From Ktedonobacterales bacterium (lineage in GTDB: Bacteria; Chloroflexota; Ktedonobacteria; Ktedonobacterales; JADMIN01), in NCBI GenBank assembly GCA_025450405.1, contig JANWHL010000104.1:1-43537 (forward strand): a DNA stretch of 43,537 nucleotides. The letters are read 5' to 3'. The notes beneath the pieces were generated by a model that was not told the DNA's origin, did no database searches, and saw only the letters and a list, made by a program, of their open reading frames with translations. Below, piece after piece: positions 43,469-43,537 of the stretch. The first letter of the stretch is position 1, and the number at the start of each line of letters is the position of its first letter. The position numbers were made by a program, and so were the translations under genes.

Positions 43469-43537
43469 GGCGGTCGCCATGGCGAAGTCCACAGGCAAAC
43501 CAGCGAACCCGATCGGGATCGCGCGCTGGCACGGCAC

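Noticed and set aside
43479-43537. Possible start of a further plus-strand gene (ATG 43479, MAKSTGKPANPIGIARWHG…) at the right edge.
   Set aside because: Only 19 codons are visible, the SD is weak (GAGG 8 nt upstream) and no motif is present. This is too little evidence to call.

Overview
A 43.5-kb, visibly GC-rich bacterial chromosomal segment (G+C not computed). It has strong GGAGG-type Shine-Dalgarno sites and a recurring sigma-70-like promoter, TTGNCN-17-TAnAnT. The gene content includes an F420-type LLM oxidoreductase, a PIG-L deacetylase, a KGG stress protein, GH130 and DUF4388. This suggests a Chloroflexota/Thermomicrobia-like or Actinomycetota-like host, but that is inference only. 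I support about 40 CDS, including one that the ORF track misses because it runs off the left edge. I also support three tRNAs (Ser-UGA, Trp-CCA, Asp-GUC), about 11 promoter candidates, 3 terminators and several tandem or inverted repeats. I found no rRNA, CRISPR array, transposase or integrase. Many long ORFs in the track are GC-driven shadow frames of real genes. Most genes are housekeeping: argS, moeA, clpP, plsX, rpsT, ppa, a wecB/GT4/sugar-transferase/epimerase polysaccharide block, GH130 plus MFS, and an F420/flavin redox trio. The best candidate for an undescribed system is a self-contained three-gene module at 30.2-33.4 kb. It holds a catalytically intact HerA/FtsK-family ATPase. Upstream is an unknown 285-aa protein that seems to carry a paralogous HAS-barrel but no NurA, SIR2 or DUF4297 hallmarks. 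Downstream is a small 3-TM protein. Other items worth a second look:
- a ClgR-like XRE regulator ending in a degron-like LLVA, divergent from DUF4177-clpP, with a perfect 15-bp-arm inverted repeat
- a promoter-to-terminator bicistron of two unknown low-complexity proteins
- a perfect 15-bp x 6.7 GATC-containing tandem array between divergent redox genes
- a PIG-L deacetylase with an inserted cNMP-binding-like domain
- an ArgRS whose HIGH signature reads TVAN
- a dimethylformamidase-like gene broken by a +1 shift in an A4 run
- an 833-bp gene-free gap
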